Source of the DNA: Candidatus Uhrbacteria bacterium
GTDB lineage: Bacteria > Patescibacteriota > Patescibacteriia > UBA9934 > GWF2-40-263
Assembly: GCA_016188425.1 (NCBI GenBank)
Contig: JACPHX010000002.1
Span: 2,373-66,372 of the forward strand
Length of the DNA stretch: 64,000 nt
Direction of reading: 5' to 3'
The position numbers and the translations under genes were made by a program. Positions 49,807 to 58,936 of this stretch are shown piece by piece. How positions within the stretch are numbered: the first letter of the stretch is position 1; each line of letters opens with the position of its first letter. The notes beneath the pieces were generated by a model. That model searched no databases, was not told the origin of the DNA, and saw only the letters and a program-made list of their open reading frames with translations.

Positions 49807-50223
49807 TTAGGAAGGGATCGTAATGGTTCGTGTCTGTTCTCCTGTGTGTTCAAACCGGATCTCCTGGTGCGCGATCGGCAGAATATTCTTCGGCCATTCG
49901 ATGAGGAGGATCGTGTCCGTCCTCCCGGCGTATTCCTGGAGCCCCAGCTCCCGCGCATCCACCGGTTTGTCGATGCGGTACAGGTCGGCGTGGATGATCT
50001 GTTTGATGACGGGATGGGTTGTTTTATATATCTGCACCAGCGTAAACGTCGGACTGCGCACGGCATCGGTGGCTCCGAGCGCCGCCGCGACCGCGCGCAC
50101 GAAGGTTGTCTTTCCTGCCCCGAGGTCGCCCTCAAGATACACAACCTCCCCGCCATGGAGGGTGGAAGCAAATCGAGCGGCTATGTCGGCGGTTTGTTGT
50201 GGGGAATTGGTTTCGTATTTCAT
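49807..50223 (-). CDS. tsaE: t6A biosynthesis ATPase
   Basis: GDLGAGKT, SPTF, HADLYR, IEW. Confidence 0.95.
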   Translation of the reverse strand: MKYETNSPQQTADIAARFASTLHGGEVVYLEGDLGAGKTTFVRAVAAALGATDAVRSPTFTLVQIYKTTHPVIKQIIHADLYRIDKPVDARELGLQEYAGRTDTILLIEWPKNILPIAHQEIRFEHTGEQTRTITIPS

Positions 50224-50274
50224 ATCAATTCAACAATTCAATTCTATAGGCGGGGTCTGGGGATCCCGCCTATT

Positions 50275-51378
50275 TTATGAAGATGATTCCCCCAACCGCA
50301 ATCCCGGATCCGCCGCGAGTGTCAGCGGATCCACGAATTTCCCCGCCTTCGCATTGAAATATCCCGCGATGCCGATCATGGCCGCGTTGTCTCCTGTGAG
50401 AGACAGGTCTGGAACGAACAGCGTGACACCCTCCTTGTCCGCCATCTCTTGCATACGCTCCCGCAGCCGTCGGTTCGCCGACACGCCGCCGACCACGCAC
50501 AACGATTTCGGCCGCACCTTCTCGATGGCTTTTTGCGTTTTGAGGACGAGACAATCCACAATCGCTTCCTGAATCGACGCACACACATCCGACAACGCCG
50601 CCGGCGCTGCCGTGCCTTTCACATAATGCAGGACCGCCGTCTTGAGCCCCGAGAAACTAAAATCCAAATCCCCCGAATCCATCATCGGCCGCGGAAACGC
50701 GACCGCATCTATTTTTCCAGCTGCCTGCTGCAAGCTGCCTGCTGCAAGCTTCCCCATCATCGCCCCCCCCGGATACCCCAGCCCCAGTAGCTTCGCCGTC
50801 TTATCAAACGCCTCCCCCGCCGCATCATCCCTCGTCTCCCCGAGGCGTTCATACAAGCCATGTCCCCGCATAAGGATCAATTCCGTGTGACCGCCCGAGA
50901 CGATCAGCGCCACCGCCGGAAATTCCGGAATTCCCCTTTTCCCTTTCCGATTTTCGATTTTCGAATTTGTTTCGGATTTCGGATTTCGAATTTCGAATTT
51001 CTCCGTCTGGTTCCTCCAGACGGAGTAGATGTGCCCTTCCAAATGATTCACGGGAACCAATGGTTTTTGCCAACTCCAGGATAATGCTTTGGCGGTTTCA
51101 ACACCGATGCGTAACGCGGGCAACAACCCGGGCCCCGCCGTGACGGCCACGGCATCGATCTCGTTTCCATCTCGAGGAATCTCTAACAGATCCAGCATCG
51201 GGAACAGACGTTCAATGTGGGCACGCGCGGCCACCTCCGGCACGACTCCTCCGTACTTGGCATGGATGTCCACTTGGGAAGAAACCAAATGCCGCTCAAT
51301 GCCAACCGACCCCGTCGCATCGGAGATGATCGCAAGGGCCGTTTCGTCACAACTTGTTTCGATCGCCAGGATGCGCAT
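50275..51378 (-). CDS. tsaD: t6A transferase, with repeat-derived insertions
   Basis: IETSCDET, HLEGH, SGGHT, DDAAGEAFDK, FSFSGLK, DNAAMI. Confidence 0.96.
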   Translation of the reverse strand: MRILAIETSCDETALAIISDATGSVGIERHLVSSQVDIHAKYGGVVPEVAARAHIERLFPMLDLLEIPRDGNEIDAVAVTAGPGLLPALRIGVETAKALSWSWQKPLVPVNHLEGHIYSVWRNQTEKFEIRNPKSETNSKIENRKGKRGIPEFPAVALIVSGGHTELILMRGHGLYERLGETRDDAAGEAFDKTAKLLGLGYPGGAMMGKLAAGSLQQAAGKIDAVAFPRPMMDSGDLDFSFSGLKTAVLHYVKGTAAPAALSDVCASIQEAIVDCLVLKTQKAIEKVRPKSLCVVGGVSANRRLRERMQEMADKEGVTLFVPDLSLTGDNAAMIGIAGYFNAKAGKFVDPLTLAADPGLRLGESSS

Positions 51379-51504
51379 AAGGGCAAAAGATTACCATTGA
51401 ATCCTTGAGAAAAACAAGGATTTGGGATTTCTATTGTTATAGTGGTGGAAATTGCAGAAGAGGTGGTACTCTTGATAAAAGTTAACTCTCTATGGAATAA
51501 ATAT

Positions 51505-52128
51505 ATGCTGAAACGACTCAATCCGCTGCACGAATACTTTCTTCTCCATTTAAACATTGTCGTCCGCCTACTCATTCTCTCCGATGTTGTGTGGATGGGT
51601 GCCTTGGGATTTCTCAGCCCCATCTTCGCCATATTCATCCTCGACAACATCAAGGGGGGGAACGAGGCGGTCGTCGGTGTGGCGGCGTCGATCTATCTCG
51701 TCACGAAAAGCCTGATGCAGATCCCCGCCGCCGCGATTATCGATCGTATCCGAGGAGAAAAAGATGATTTCTGGATTATGTTCATCGGTTCCTTGATGGG
51801 CGCCTCCATTCCCCTCTCTTATCTTTTCATCCACACACCAATTCAACTGTATATTACCCAATTCGTTCTTGGTGTGGTCATCGCCTTCACCTTCCCCTCC
51901 TACATGGCTATCTTTACTCGCCATATCGATAAAAAACGAGAGGGAACAGATTGGGGTATCTATTTCACCCTGACCGATTTGAGCTCGGCAGCGACCGCGG
52001 CTATTGGCGGCGTCATGGCCGCAACACTAGGCTATCACGCCGTCATCTTCACTATGGTTGCCATCAGCCTGTTTGGAGCATGTGCGCTGTTCCCCATCCG
52101 CAAGCATCTCATCAGAACACCACGATGA
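51505..52128 (+). CDS. half-size MFS-type membrane protein
   Basis: About six TM helices; IIDRIRGEKDD motif-A-like. Confidence 0.75.
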   Translation: MLKRLNPLHEYFLLHLNIVVRLLILSDVVWMGALGFLSPIFAIFILDNIKGGNEAVVGVAASIYLVTKSLMQIPAAAIIDRIRGEKDDFWIMFIGSLMGASIPLSYLFIHTPIQLYITQFVLGVVIAFTFPSYMAIFTRHIDKKREGTDWGIYFTLTDLSSAATAAIGGVMAATLGYHAVIFTMVAISLFGACALFPIRKHLIRTPR

Positions 52129-52195
52129 GGGAAGAGGGAAAGGGGGTCAGGTCGTGAATTGACGGTTCTTGCCATTTTGCTAAGAAATCTTGCCA

Positions 52196-52615
52196 TTATT
52201 CCTGCGCACTCCAATCAACGGTACGCGCGGCTTTTTTCTTTTTCATCCCCTCCTTCTCCCGCAGCCGTCTTTCTTTGGAAGCGCGCGACGGCCGCGTCGG
52301 AATCCTCTCTTTCTCTGGTACCAACGCTTCCTCAACCATCTGTCGCAACAGCGCGACGGCCCGTTCCCGATTCTGGACTTGCGACCGTTCTTCTTCACAA
52401 ACAACGAGGAGATCCCCTTCGGTTGTCATCCGTGTCGCCAACTGTTCCTTGATCCTCTGCTTCTGCGCATCAGAAACCGCCGCCGACCGATCGACGTTCC
52501 ACCGCACCTGCACCTTCGTCTCCCGCCGGTTCACGTTTTGCCCGCCGGCGCCGGAAGATCGCGAGAATTCAAAGACAAGTTCAGATTCGGGGATAAACAA
52601 TAGAGGATCAGTCAT
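52196..52615 (-). CDS. arfB: alternative ribosome rescue factor ArfB
   Basis: SGAGGQNVN, ERSQ.QN, basic tail RIPTRPS...RRL..K..KK..R. Confidence 0.93.
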   Translation of the reverse strand: MTDPLLFIPESELVFEFSRSSGAGGQNVNRRETKVQVRWNVDRSAAVSDAQKQRIKEQLATRMTTEGDLLVVCEEERSQVQNRERAVALLRQMVEEALVPEKERIPTRPSRASKERRLREKEGMKKKKAARTVDWSAQE

Positions 52616-52679
52616 AGATGAATGTATTCTACATTCGATGTCTCCTCTTTGTGAACGTTTGTTACAATAAGAAGGCCGT

Positions 52680-52747
52680 GGGGGTGGTCGAGTACGAAAC
52701 CAGGATTGTCATCCATGGTTTCCGGGGTGCAAATCCCCGCACCTCCA
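52680..52747 (+). ncRNA. tRNA-like RNA with a G3-U70 acceptor stem and no D stem (tmRNA-TLD-like)
   Basis: GGGGGTG/CACCTCC-A; T arm CGGGG-TGCAAAT-CCCCG; central arm GAAACCA-GGA-TTGTCA-TCC-a-TGGTTTC; extended -10 TGtTACAAT at 52660-52668. Confidence 0.75.
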
Positions 52748-52761
52748 CGGCATAAAAGTCA

Positions 52762-52790
52762 TTGACTATTTCTATTTTTACTGATACTAT
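52762..52790 (+). promoter_or_regulatory. sigma70 promoter for the antisense sRNA
   Basis: TTGACT-17-TACTAT with a TG extension; +1 predicted at G52797. Confidence 0.75.
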
Positions 52791-52796
52791 TTATTC

Positions 52797-52864
52797 GGAT
52801 GACAATCCTGGATAGAGTACTCGATCGAAATACCAATCCCCGGAAACGGGGATTTTGGTTTTTT
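52797..52864 (+). ncRNA. small RNA antisense to the adjacent tRNA-like RNA
   Basis: GGATGACAATCCTGG is the exact reverse complement of 52700-52714; GTACTCGATC pairs with 52686-52695; terminator AATCCCCG-GAAA-CGGGGATT followed by a U-tract. Confidence 0.7.
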
Positions 52865-52946
52865 AATATTGACCAACCCAAAGATTCCCGCTATCCTCGC
52901 CGCTTCTCATAAACTGTCCTTTTTCATAGTTTCGTAACGTTGTCCT

Positions 52947-53750
52947 ATGCCCGCCCTCTCCACCAAACACCCTCTCCTCTATAAAGCCGCCGTCGCAAAA
53001 GGACGTCTGCTTCGCCATGCCCGCTGGGCACGAACACGCCTCGCGACGCATCGGCAGGCAGACCCTCTGGCGATACGCATCACCTCTCATCAGAGCACAC
53101 TCATGCGCAAACTCGGCGATGTCGACATGCGCCTCCAACGCAACAAGGTGACCAACCTTCGCTTGGCGGCCGACGGCATCAATGGCGTCCTCATCCGCAC
53201 CGGCGAGACGCTCTCCCTTTGGAAACTCATCGGGAATTCCACCGCCAAGCGCGGATTCCTTCCTGGGATACTTCTCTCAAACGGGAAAATCCTTGAAGGC
53301 GTTGGAGGCGGACTTTGCCAGATGGCCAATCTCGTCTATTGGATGGCCCTCCATTCCCCACTGACCGTCACGGAACGCCACCGCCACAGCTATGACATCT
53401 TTCCCGATTCAGGACGAACGGTTCCGTTTGGAACCGGCGCGACTTTGTTTTACAACTACATGGACCTTTCGATCAAAAATGAAACCGACCAGACATTCCA
53501 AGTGATGGTGTCGCTCACCGACGAACATCTCAAAGGAGAAATCCGATCGGAAAAAGAATGGCCGGTCTCTTACCGCCTTCTCGAGCGCGCCCATCGTTTT
53601 TCCAAGGACGAAAACGGCGCCGTATTCCGCCACAACGAGATCCATCGCCAGACGATCGACCGGACGACCGGCAACACTGTTTCCGACGACCTGCTCTACA
53701 AGAACAATTGCCCCGTGCTCTACGAGGTGGATCCGTCCAACATCGGATAA
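52947..53750 (+). CDS. VanW-family protein
   Basis: NKVTNL, GGGLCQ..N, ERHRHS, FGTGAT..NY.DL; own promoter TTGACC-17-TATCCT at 52869-52897. Confidence 0.88.
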   Translation: MPALSTKHPLLYKAAVAKGRLLRHARWARTRLATHRQADPLAIRITSHQSTLMRKLGDVDMRLQRNKVTNLRLAADGINGVLIRTGETLSLWKLIGNSTAKRGFLPGILLSNGKILEGVGGGLCQMANLVYWMALHSPLTVTERHRHSYDIFPDSGRTVPFGTGATLFYNYMDLSIKNETDQTFQVMVSLTDEHLKGEIRSEKEWPVSYRLLERAHRFSKDENGAVFRHNEIHRQTIDRTTGNTVSDDLLYKNNCPVLYEVDPSNIG

Positions 53751-53820
53751 GAGGCCATGCGGCCTCTTTTTCGTTCCCATTGACACGCCCCGCGACGCCC
53801 CGTATGATCGCGCTCGTACC

Positions 53821-54369
53821 ATGCACAAAAAAATAGAACCGGTGCAGCTGCGCATCGAGGATACCCTCGTCCTCCTGGTTGCCTTCGATCGCCACACGGA
53901 TATAGACCTGCTCGCGGAAACCGTCGCGGACCAGTCTTATCCCAAAGTGGGGATCCTGGGACGCTTGAGCGACGGGCCCGTCATCAGCTTCATCCGGCGC
54001 CTGCAAAACAGGAAAATCGACGTGGAGTCGCACCAGCACGAAACCTCCGTCGCCTGTGGCGCGTACAAGGACGGCAACACGCTGCTCATGGCCCGACTGG
54101 ATCCGTTCGGCTTCCTCCTCGCCCTGAAGGCGATCGGCATCACCTACAGCGGCATCGAGGCGGATATCCACGCCTTCGATCAAGAAGAACGCGAGCCGCC
54201 CACACGAAACGGCAAGTTCCTGCAAGACGGCTGGAACAGCATCCCCCACGCGTCGCTTGCCGACATCGACCTGTCCCTTGCCATCGGGTCTCTGTTCAAA
54301 GGGTTCGCCCTGCGAATCAAAGATCAACATGCGGGCATGACCGTCGCAAGCCCGACCCTCGTCTCCTAG
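53821..54369 (+). CDS. hypothetical protein
   Basis: 182 aa; promoter TTGACA-17-TATGAT at ~53780-53808. Confidence 0.7.
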   Translation: MHKKIEPVQLRIEDTLVLLVAFDRHTDIDLLAETVADQSYPKVGILGRLSDGPVISFIRRLQNRKIDVESHQHETSVACGAYKDGNTLLMARLDPFGFLLALKAIGITYSGIEADIHAFDQEEREPPTRNGKFLQDGWNSIPHASLADIDLSLAIGSLFKGFALRIKDQHAGMTVASPTLVS

Positions 54370-54522
54370 GGACTTCAGCACATCGCTGACGTCCTTTTCT
54401 TTTTTCCATTGACACGCCCCTTCACGTTTCCTATCATACCCGCACCAAAAGGTTCCGAATGCCCCACCCTTCCCGCCTTTCCAGCCCTCCCAGCCCTTCT
54501 TGCCCTCCCGGCCCTCCCCCAC

Positions 54523-54594
54523 GGCCCCATCGTCTAATGGTTAGGACGCCTCCCTTTCACGGAGGAAATCGGGGTTCGACTCCCCGTAGGGTCA
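54523..54594 (+). tRNA. tRNA-Glu(UUC)
   Basis: CCTCC-CTTTCAC-GGAGG; GTTCGACT T loop; one C-A mismatch in the acceptor stem. Confidence 0.93.
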
Positions 54595-54802
54595 CGCCAG
54601 CCAGACGGACTAAATCCGTTTGCAAGCACCAACAAAAACCACTCTTGAAAGAGAGCGGTTTTTGTTTCAAGAAATATCAACATCCTTGCGGTTCCAATCT
54701 GTGCGCAATGTTTGCGCGATTGTTGCGCGATTCGAATTTTCGGTCTCACTGTTTGACGAAGAAGCAAAGTAATTATATGATAATTTCATACTAAAATTTC
54801 AT

Positions 54803-55024
54803 ATGTCTACCATTTCCGTGCCCCTCACCCCTCCGCTCGAACAGTTCATTAACTCCATGATTAAAACGGGGCGTGCTTCAAATAAGGCCGAGGTTGTTCG
54901 TCGCGCGCTTGTGAAGATGGCAGAAGATGAGGCCGTCGAAGCTGTCATGCGGTCCATGCGCGAAGTAAAGGCAGGAAAAATTCTTCGAGGAAATTTGGAC
55001 GAATTAGCAAAGAACATCTCCTAG
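54803..55024 (+). CDS. RHH antitoxin (ParD/CopG-like)
   Basis: TISVPLT..LEQFI..GRASNKAEVVRRAL. Confidence 0.8.
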   Translation: MSTISVPLTPPLEQFINSMIKTGRASNKAEVVRRALVKMAEDEAVEAVMRSMREVKAGKILRGNLDELAKNIS

Positions 55025-55029
55025 GGGAT

Positions 55030-55296
55030 ATGGAGGTTTCTTACGCCCCATCCTTCATCCGGCAGTATAAAAATCTTCCAGCTTTGCTTAAACAAGAAGT
55101 GAAAGAAAAAGTGAGCTTATTTGCCGATATTCGAAATCATCAGGCGTTAAGAGTTCATAAATTAAAGGGCAGCTTGAAGGAACAGTATGGTTTAAATGTG
55201 AATTATGAGATACGAATCGTTTTTTGGTATATGAAGACAAAACCAAAGGAAGCGGTACTTCTCGCGATCGGGGATCATGAGGTGTATAAAAAGTGA
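55030..55296 (+). CDS. RelE/YafQ-like toxin
   Basis: LRVHKLKG, IRIVF, IGDHEVY. Confidence 0.85.
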   Translation: MEVSYAPSFIRQYKNLPALLKQEVKEKVSLFADIRNHQALRVHKLKGSLKEQYGLNVNYEIRIVFWYMKTKPKEAVLLAIGDHEVYKK

Positions 55297-55460
55297 CAAT
55301 CGGTTCCCCGCAAAAATCACCTTCAATCGAGCGTGTCCCAAAAAAGGATTACCGCTGACGTAGGTCAATAACACCACCAATGAGAGGTGGTGTTATACAT
55401 CAAAAAAAACCCGCTGCTCTCGCAACGAGTCACGTTTGCCTCCCACCAAAACCCTTTCCT

Positions 55461-56648
55461 TTACGACAATCGCCCTTTGAAATCCGCGTACCCAAACCGG
55501 CGTACGAGGCGGAACTCTGCCGGATCCGGCCACCAGGTCGCCAACGAAGGCAGACGGACGCCGTTGAAAGTCGTCGTCTTGACCGTCGTGTAATGGGACA
55601 TGTCCAGAAAGACAATCTTGTCGCCGACGTTCAACGGTTTGTTAAACGAATACCCTCGGTCACCCCGGGCGCCGATCATGTCCCCCGCCAAGCAAGTGAG
55701 ACCGCCTAAACGATACGAAAACGGCAACTCACCCGGTTTGCGCGCCCCGTACACTTCCGGCCGATAGGGCATCTCCAGCGTATCGGGCATATGCGCGGTC
55801 GCGGACGTGTCCAGCATCGCGATGAGGCCGTCGTTCTCCACGATGTCCAGCACCGTGGAGACGAGAACGCCTGTGCCGATGGCAACCGCTTCTCCTGGCT
55901 CCAAGATAACCTCGAGCCCCGTCCGCTTCTTGAAATCCAGGATCGTCTGCACGAGAAGCCTGCGGTTGTACCCCGGCTTGGTGATATGGTGCCCGCCGCC
56001 CATATTGATCCAAATGAGGCGCGGGAACCAACGGCCGAACTTCTCCTCTACCGCCGCGAGCGTGCGCACGAGCGGCTCGGCCCCCTGCTCGCACAAAGTA
56101 TGGAAATGCAGCCCGCTGACCTCCCCAAGCTCCTCCTCTTTGAACTGGGCGAGCGTCACCCCCAATCTCGAACCGCGGGCGCAGGGATTGTACAAATCCA
56201 CCTCCGCTTCCGAATGCTCGGGATTGATCCGGATACCGATCCGTTTTTGAGATGCTGTCATCATCGTCCGAAACTCCCGCCACTGCGAGAACGAATTGAA
56301 CGTAATATGGTCGCACATTTCCACCATCTCCCGCATGTCCTTTTGGGAGTAGGCGGGGGCATAAGCATGCACCTCCTTCCCCATCATCTCGTAGGCAAGC
56401 CGTGCCTCGTCCGGGGAACTCACGGCCGCCCCCGACAGGTATTGGGCCATGAGCGGAAACGTGTCCCACATGGCAAAGGCCTTGAGCGCCACCAGCACCT
56501 TGCAGCCCGCCTGCGCCTGGACCTTTTCCAGGATGCCCAGGTTCTCCTGCAGCACCTCCAAGTTCACCACCGTGCACGGGCTCTCCTCGCGCAGGTACGG
56601 AACCATCTTCTCAACCCACGAAAACTGTTTCTCCAAGGATGTCTCCAT
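55461..56648 (-). CDS. nspC: carboxynorspermidine decarboxylase
   Basis: ALKAF, YNPC..GSRLG, GLHFHTLCEQ, NMGGGHHIT, EPGEA, HMPD.LEMPY, CLAGD, TTFNG; AAGGAGG SD. Confidence 0.93.
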   Translation of the reverse strand: METSLEKQFSWVEKMVPYLREESPCTVVNLEVLQENLGILEKVQAQAGCKVLVALKAFAMWDTFPLMAQYLSGAAVSSPDEARLAYEMMGKEVHAYAPAYSQKDMREMVEMCDHITFNSFSQWREFRTMMTASQKRIGIRINPEHSEAEVDLYNPCARGSRLGVTLAQFKEEELGEVSGLHFHTLCEQGAEPLVRTLAAVEEKFGRWFPRLIWINMGGGHHITKPGYNRRLLVQTILDFKKRTGLEVILEPGEAVAIGTGVLVSTVLDIVENDGLIAMLDTSATAHMPDTLEMPYRPEVYGARKPGELPFSYRLGGLTCLAGDMIGARGDRGYSFNKPLNVGDKIVFLDMSHYTTVKTTTFNGVRLPSLATWWPDPAEFRLVRRFGYADFKGRLS

Positions 56649-56788
56649 TGTGTCCTCCTTTTGGGATGTCGGGAGCATAACATAAACAATCCTCCCCGCG
56701 TCCAGATCCGTACCCACCCCCACGACCCCCTTAACACCCCTACCCCCTCCCAGACACCCTCTCTTTTTTTTGCTACACTGTACTCGAT

Positions 56789-57850
56789 ATGCCAGGAGGA
56801 ATTCTCGCCCCCACAAACAAAAACCATGTTGTGCGCTGGTTCTTTTTACTCGTCAGTACGGGATTGCTTTTTCTGTTCTGGAAAATGCTGGAACCCTTTG
56901 CGTTCGTCCTGATCACGGCCGGGATTACGGCCATCGTCGTGTCCCCGTTGGACGACCATCTCTCCCATTACTTCCATCACGACAAAATCCGCGCGTTCCT
57001 GCTCTCCTGTCTGGTATTTCTTGTGCTGGTCCTGCCACTATTCCTTACGGCCGTGCTCATCATTTTCCAAGCGAGAGACGTCCTCACCCTCTTGCAAGGC
57101 GCAGACCTCGGCTCCCTCATCCGACCGGAAAAACTACCGTTCGGCTCCCTGGTGGCTCCGTGGCTCTTGGATCTCCTCTCCACATTCCAGTTTAAAATGG
57201 TGACAGAAAAAATCGCCCAATACGCGTTCGCCAACATAGGGGAACTGTTTTCAAGCACCGCGCAGCTCATCTTGAATACGTTCATCTATTTCCTTAGCGT
57301 CTATTACTTCCTGTCTGCCCGCAAACGGATCAAGCAAGAAATGCTCGACCTTTCTCCTCTCAAAGATTCCCTGGACAAGGCGATCATAGATCGAATTTCC
57401 ACCACGATTCGCGCAGTGGTGTTCGGGGCTCTTATCATCTCCATCATCCGCGGCGTCCTGGCCGCGATCGGCATGACGATCTTCGGCGTCCCGGGAGCCA
57501 TCATCTGGGGCGCCATAACCGTCGTCGCCGCCCAAGTGCCGATCGTGGGGGTGGGGGTCGTCTTGGTCCCAGCGACCCTTTTCCTTTTTGCCAGCGGGGA
57601 ATCCGCCGCCGCCTTCGGGTTGCTTGCCTGGTCGACGGTTATCGTGGGGCTCGCGGACAATATTCTGGGGCCGATCATCATGAAAAACCGCACGAACGCG
57701 AACATGCACAGCTTGCTTATCTTGCTCTCTATCTTGGGAGGCATCCAGCTCTTCGGTTCCATCGGAATCATCATGGGGCCGACGGTGCTCGCCGCTATCA
57801 TGATTGTCTTGGAGCTCTACAAACACGGCCTACTGAACAAACCGTCCTAG
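56789..57850 (+). CDS. AI-2E family transporter
   Basis: Multiple TM helices; DNILGP, ILGGIQLFG.IGIIMGP. Confidence 0.88.
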   Translation: MPGGILAPTNKNHVVRWFFLLVSTGLLFLFWKMLEPFAFVLITAGITAIVVSPLDDHLSHYFHHDKIRAFLLSCLVFLVLVLPLFLTAVLIIFQARDVLTLLQGADLGSLIRPEKLPFGSLVAPWLLDLLSTFQFKMVTEKIAQYAFANIGELFSSTAQLILNTFIYFLSVYYFLSARKRIKQEMLDLSPLKDSLDKAIIDRISTTIRAVVFGALIISIIRGVLAAIGMTIFGVPGAIIWGAITVVAAQVPIVGVGVVLVPATLFLFASGESAAAFGLLAWSTVIVGLADNILGPIIMKNRTNANMHSLLILLSILGGIQLFGSIGIIMGPTVLAAIMIVLELYKHGLLNKPS

Positions 57851-57867
57851 ACCATTTTCACCACCCT

Positions 57868-58560
57868 ATGCTCACCTTTGCCAGCACGTTTCTCCTGCTC
57901 ATCTGGATCGGCTTGTACGTGTTCTCCTCACAAACCAGACGAGAACAAATCATCATGAGCATTGTTGGACTCATTCTGACGCCAGGGGCTTTCGTGCTCA
58001 TTCTCTCCAATACAAATGGCAATGCTTCCATTGAACTTTCCGCGACCGTAGAACCGTTCCTTTTCGCTATTTGCCTCTTTGGCATTGCCGCGGTCGGCTA
58101 CCAGGCCACGCTCTCTCCATATCTGACGGAAAAAAAACCATCCAAAGCCCGCAAACCGCTGTCGCTCGGGCACTGGCTCGGACACCTCCTCATCATCCTC
58201 TCTGTCTGGATACTCATCGGCATCTTTGGGTACCTTATTCTTCGCGAGCCCCCCATCCAAGCCATGGCTTTGGGCGGAGTCCTTGTCGGCACCTACATCA
58301 TCGCCGACCGCAAAGACCTCCTGTGGAACTCCCTCACGTCCGGATTGCTTATTGCCACACTCGTCTTTGGTGTGGAACAATGGCTGGGAGCGATTCTCCT
58401 TCCCGCCACGGCTCTGGCAGGCCGCACGGGCATTATCCTTGGAGGCATTCCGATTGAGGAACTCGTCTGGGCCGCCGTCGTCGGCTTTGCCGTGGGTCCC
58501 CTCTACGAATATATCCGTCACGAACGCCTTATTTTACGCACGCGGTATGCAAGACCTTGA
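57868..58560 (+). CDS. membrane protein (lycopene-cyclase-domain-like)
   Basis: GIILGGIPIEELVW; RKDL. Confidence 0.6.
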   Translation: MLTFASTFLLLIWIGLYVFSSQTRREQIIMSIVGLILTPGAFVLILSNTNGNASIELSATVEPFLFAICLFGIAAVGYQATLSPYLTEKKPSKARKPLSLGHWLGHLLIILSVWILIGIFGYLILREPPIQAMALGGVLVGTYIIADRKDLLWNSLTSGLLIATLVFGVEQWLGAILLPATALAGRTGIILGGIPIEELVWAAVVGFAVGPLYEYIRHERLILRTRYARP

Positions 58561-58936
58561 GCAAGATTTTTTCTCCTCCCTCTCCCCTTCTTCATCCTCT
58601 TCCGAGGGTCAATTGGCGGTAGATGTCATGGAAACAACGGACGCCGTCATCGTCCGTTCCGCGGTGGCGGGAGTAGAGGCAGACGATTTGGATATCCACG
58701 TTGAGCCAGAAAAACTCACGATCCGCGGACGTCGGGAGGAGTGTTCGCAAGAGGAAGGAACGGTTTCCCATGTAGAAGAGTGTTTTTGGGGGGCCTTTTC
58801 CCGCACCATTTCTCTCCCCTCCCCCGTTGACCCAACCCGTACAGACGCAGAGCTCCAAAACGGCATCCTGACGGTCCGGTTGCAAAAACAATCGGAAGGA
58901 GCCGATATCAGCGTGGAGGACGTGGGCGACCTATGA
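58547..58936 (+). CDS. Hsp20 small heat-shock protein
   Basis: EGQLAVDV, ECFWGAFSR, NGILTV. Confidence 0.9.
   Translation: MQDLEQDFFSSLSPSSSSSEGQLAVDVMETTDAVIVRSAVAGVEADDLDIHVEPEKLTIRGRREECSQEEGTVSHVEECFWGAFSRTISLPSPVDPTRTDAELQNGILTVRLQKQSEGADISVEDVGDL

Noticed and set aside
52680-52747. Ordinary tRNA-Asp(GUC)
   Set aside because: No valid 5-bp anticodon stem with a 7-nt loop, no D stem, G at position 8, and an Ala-type acceptor stem.
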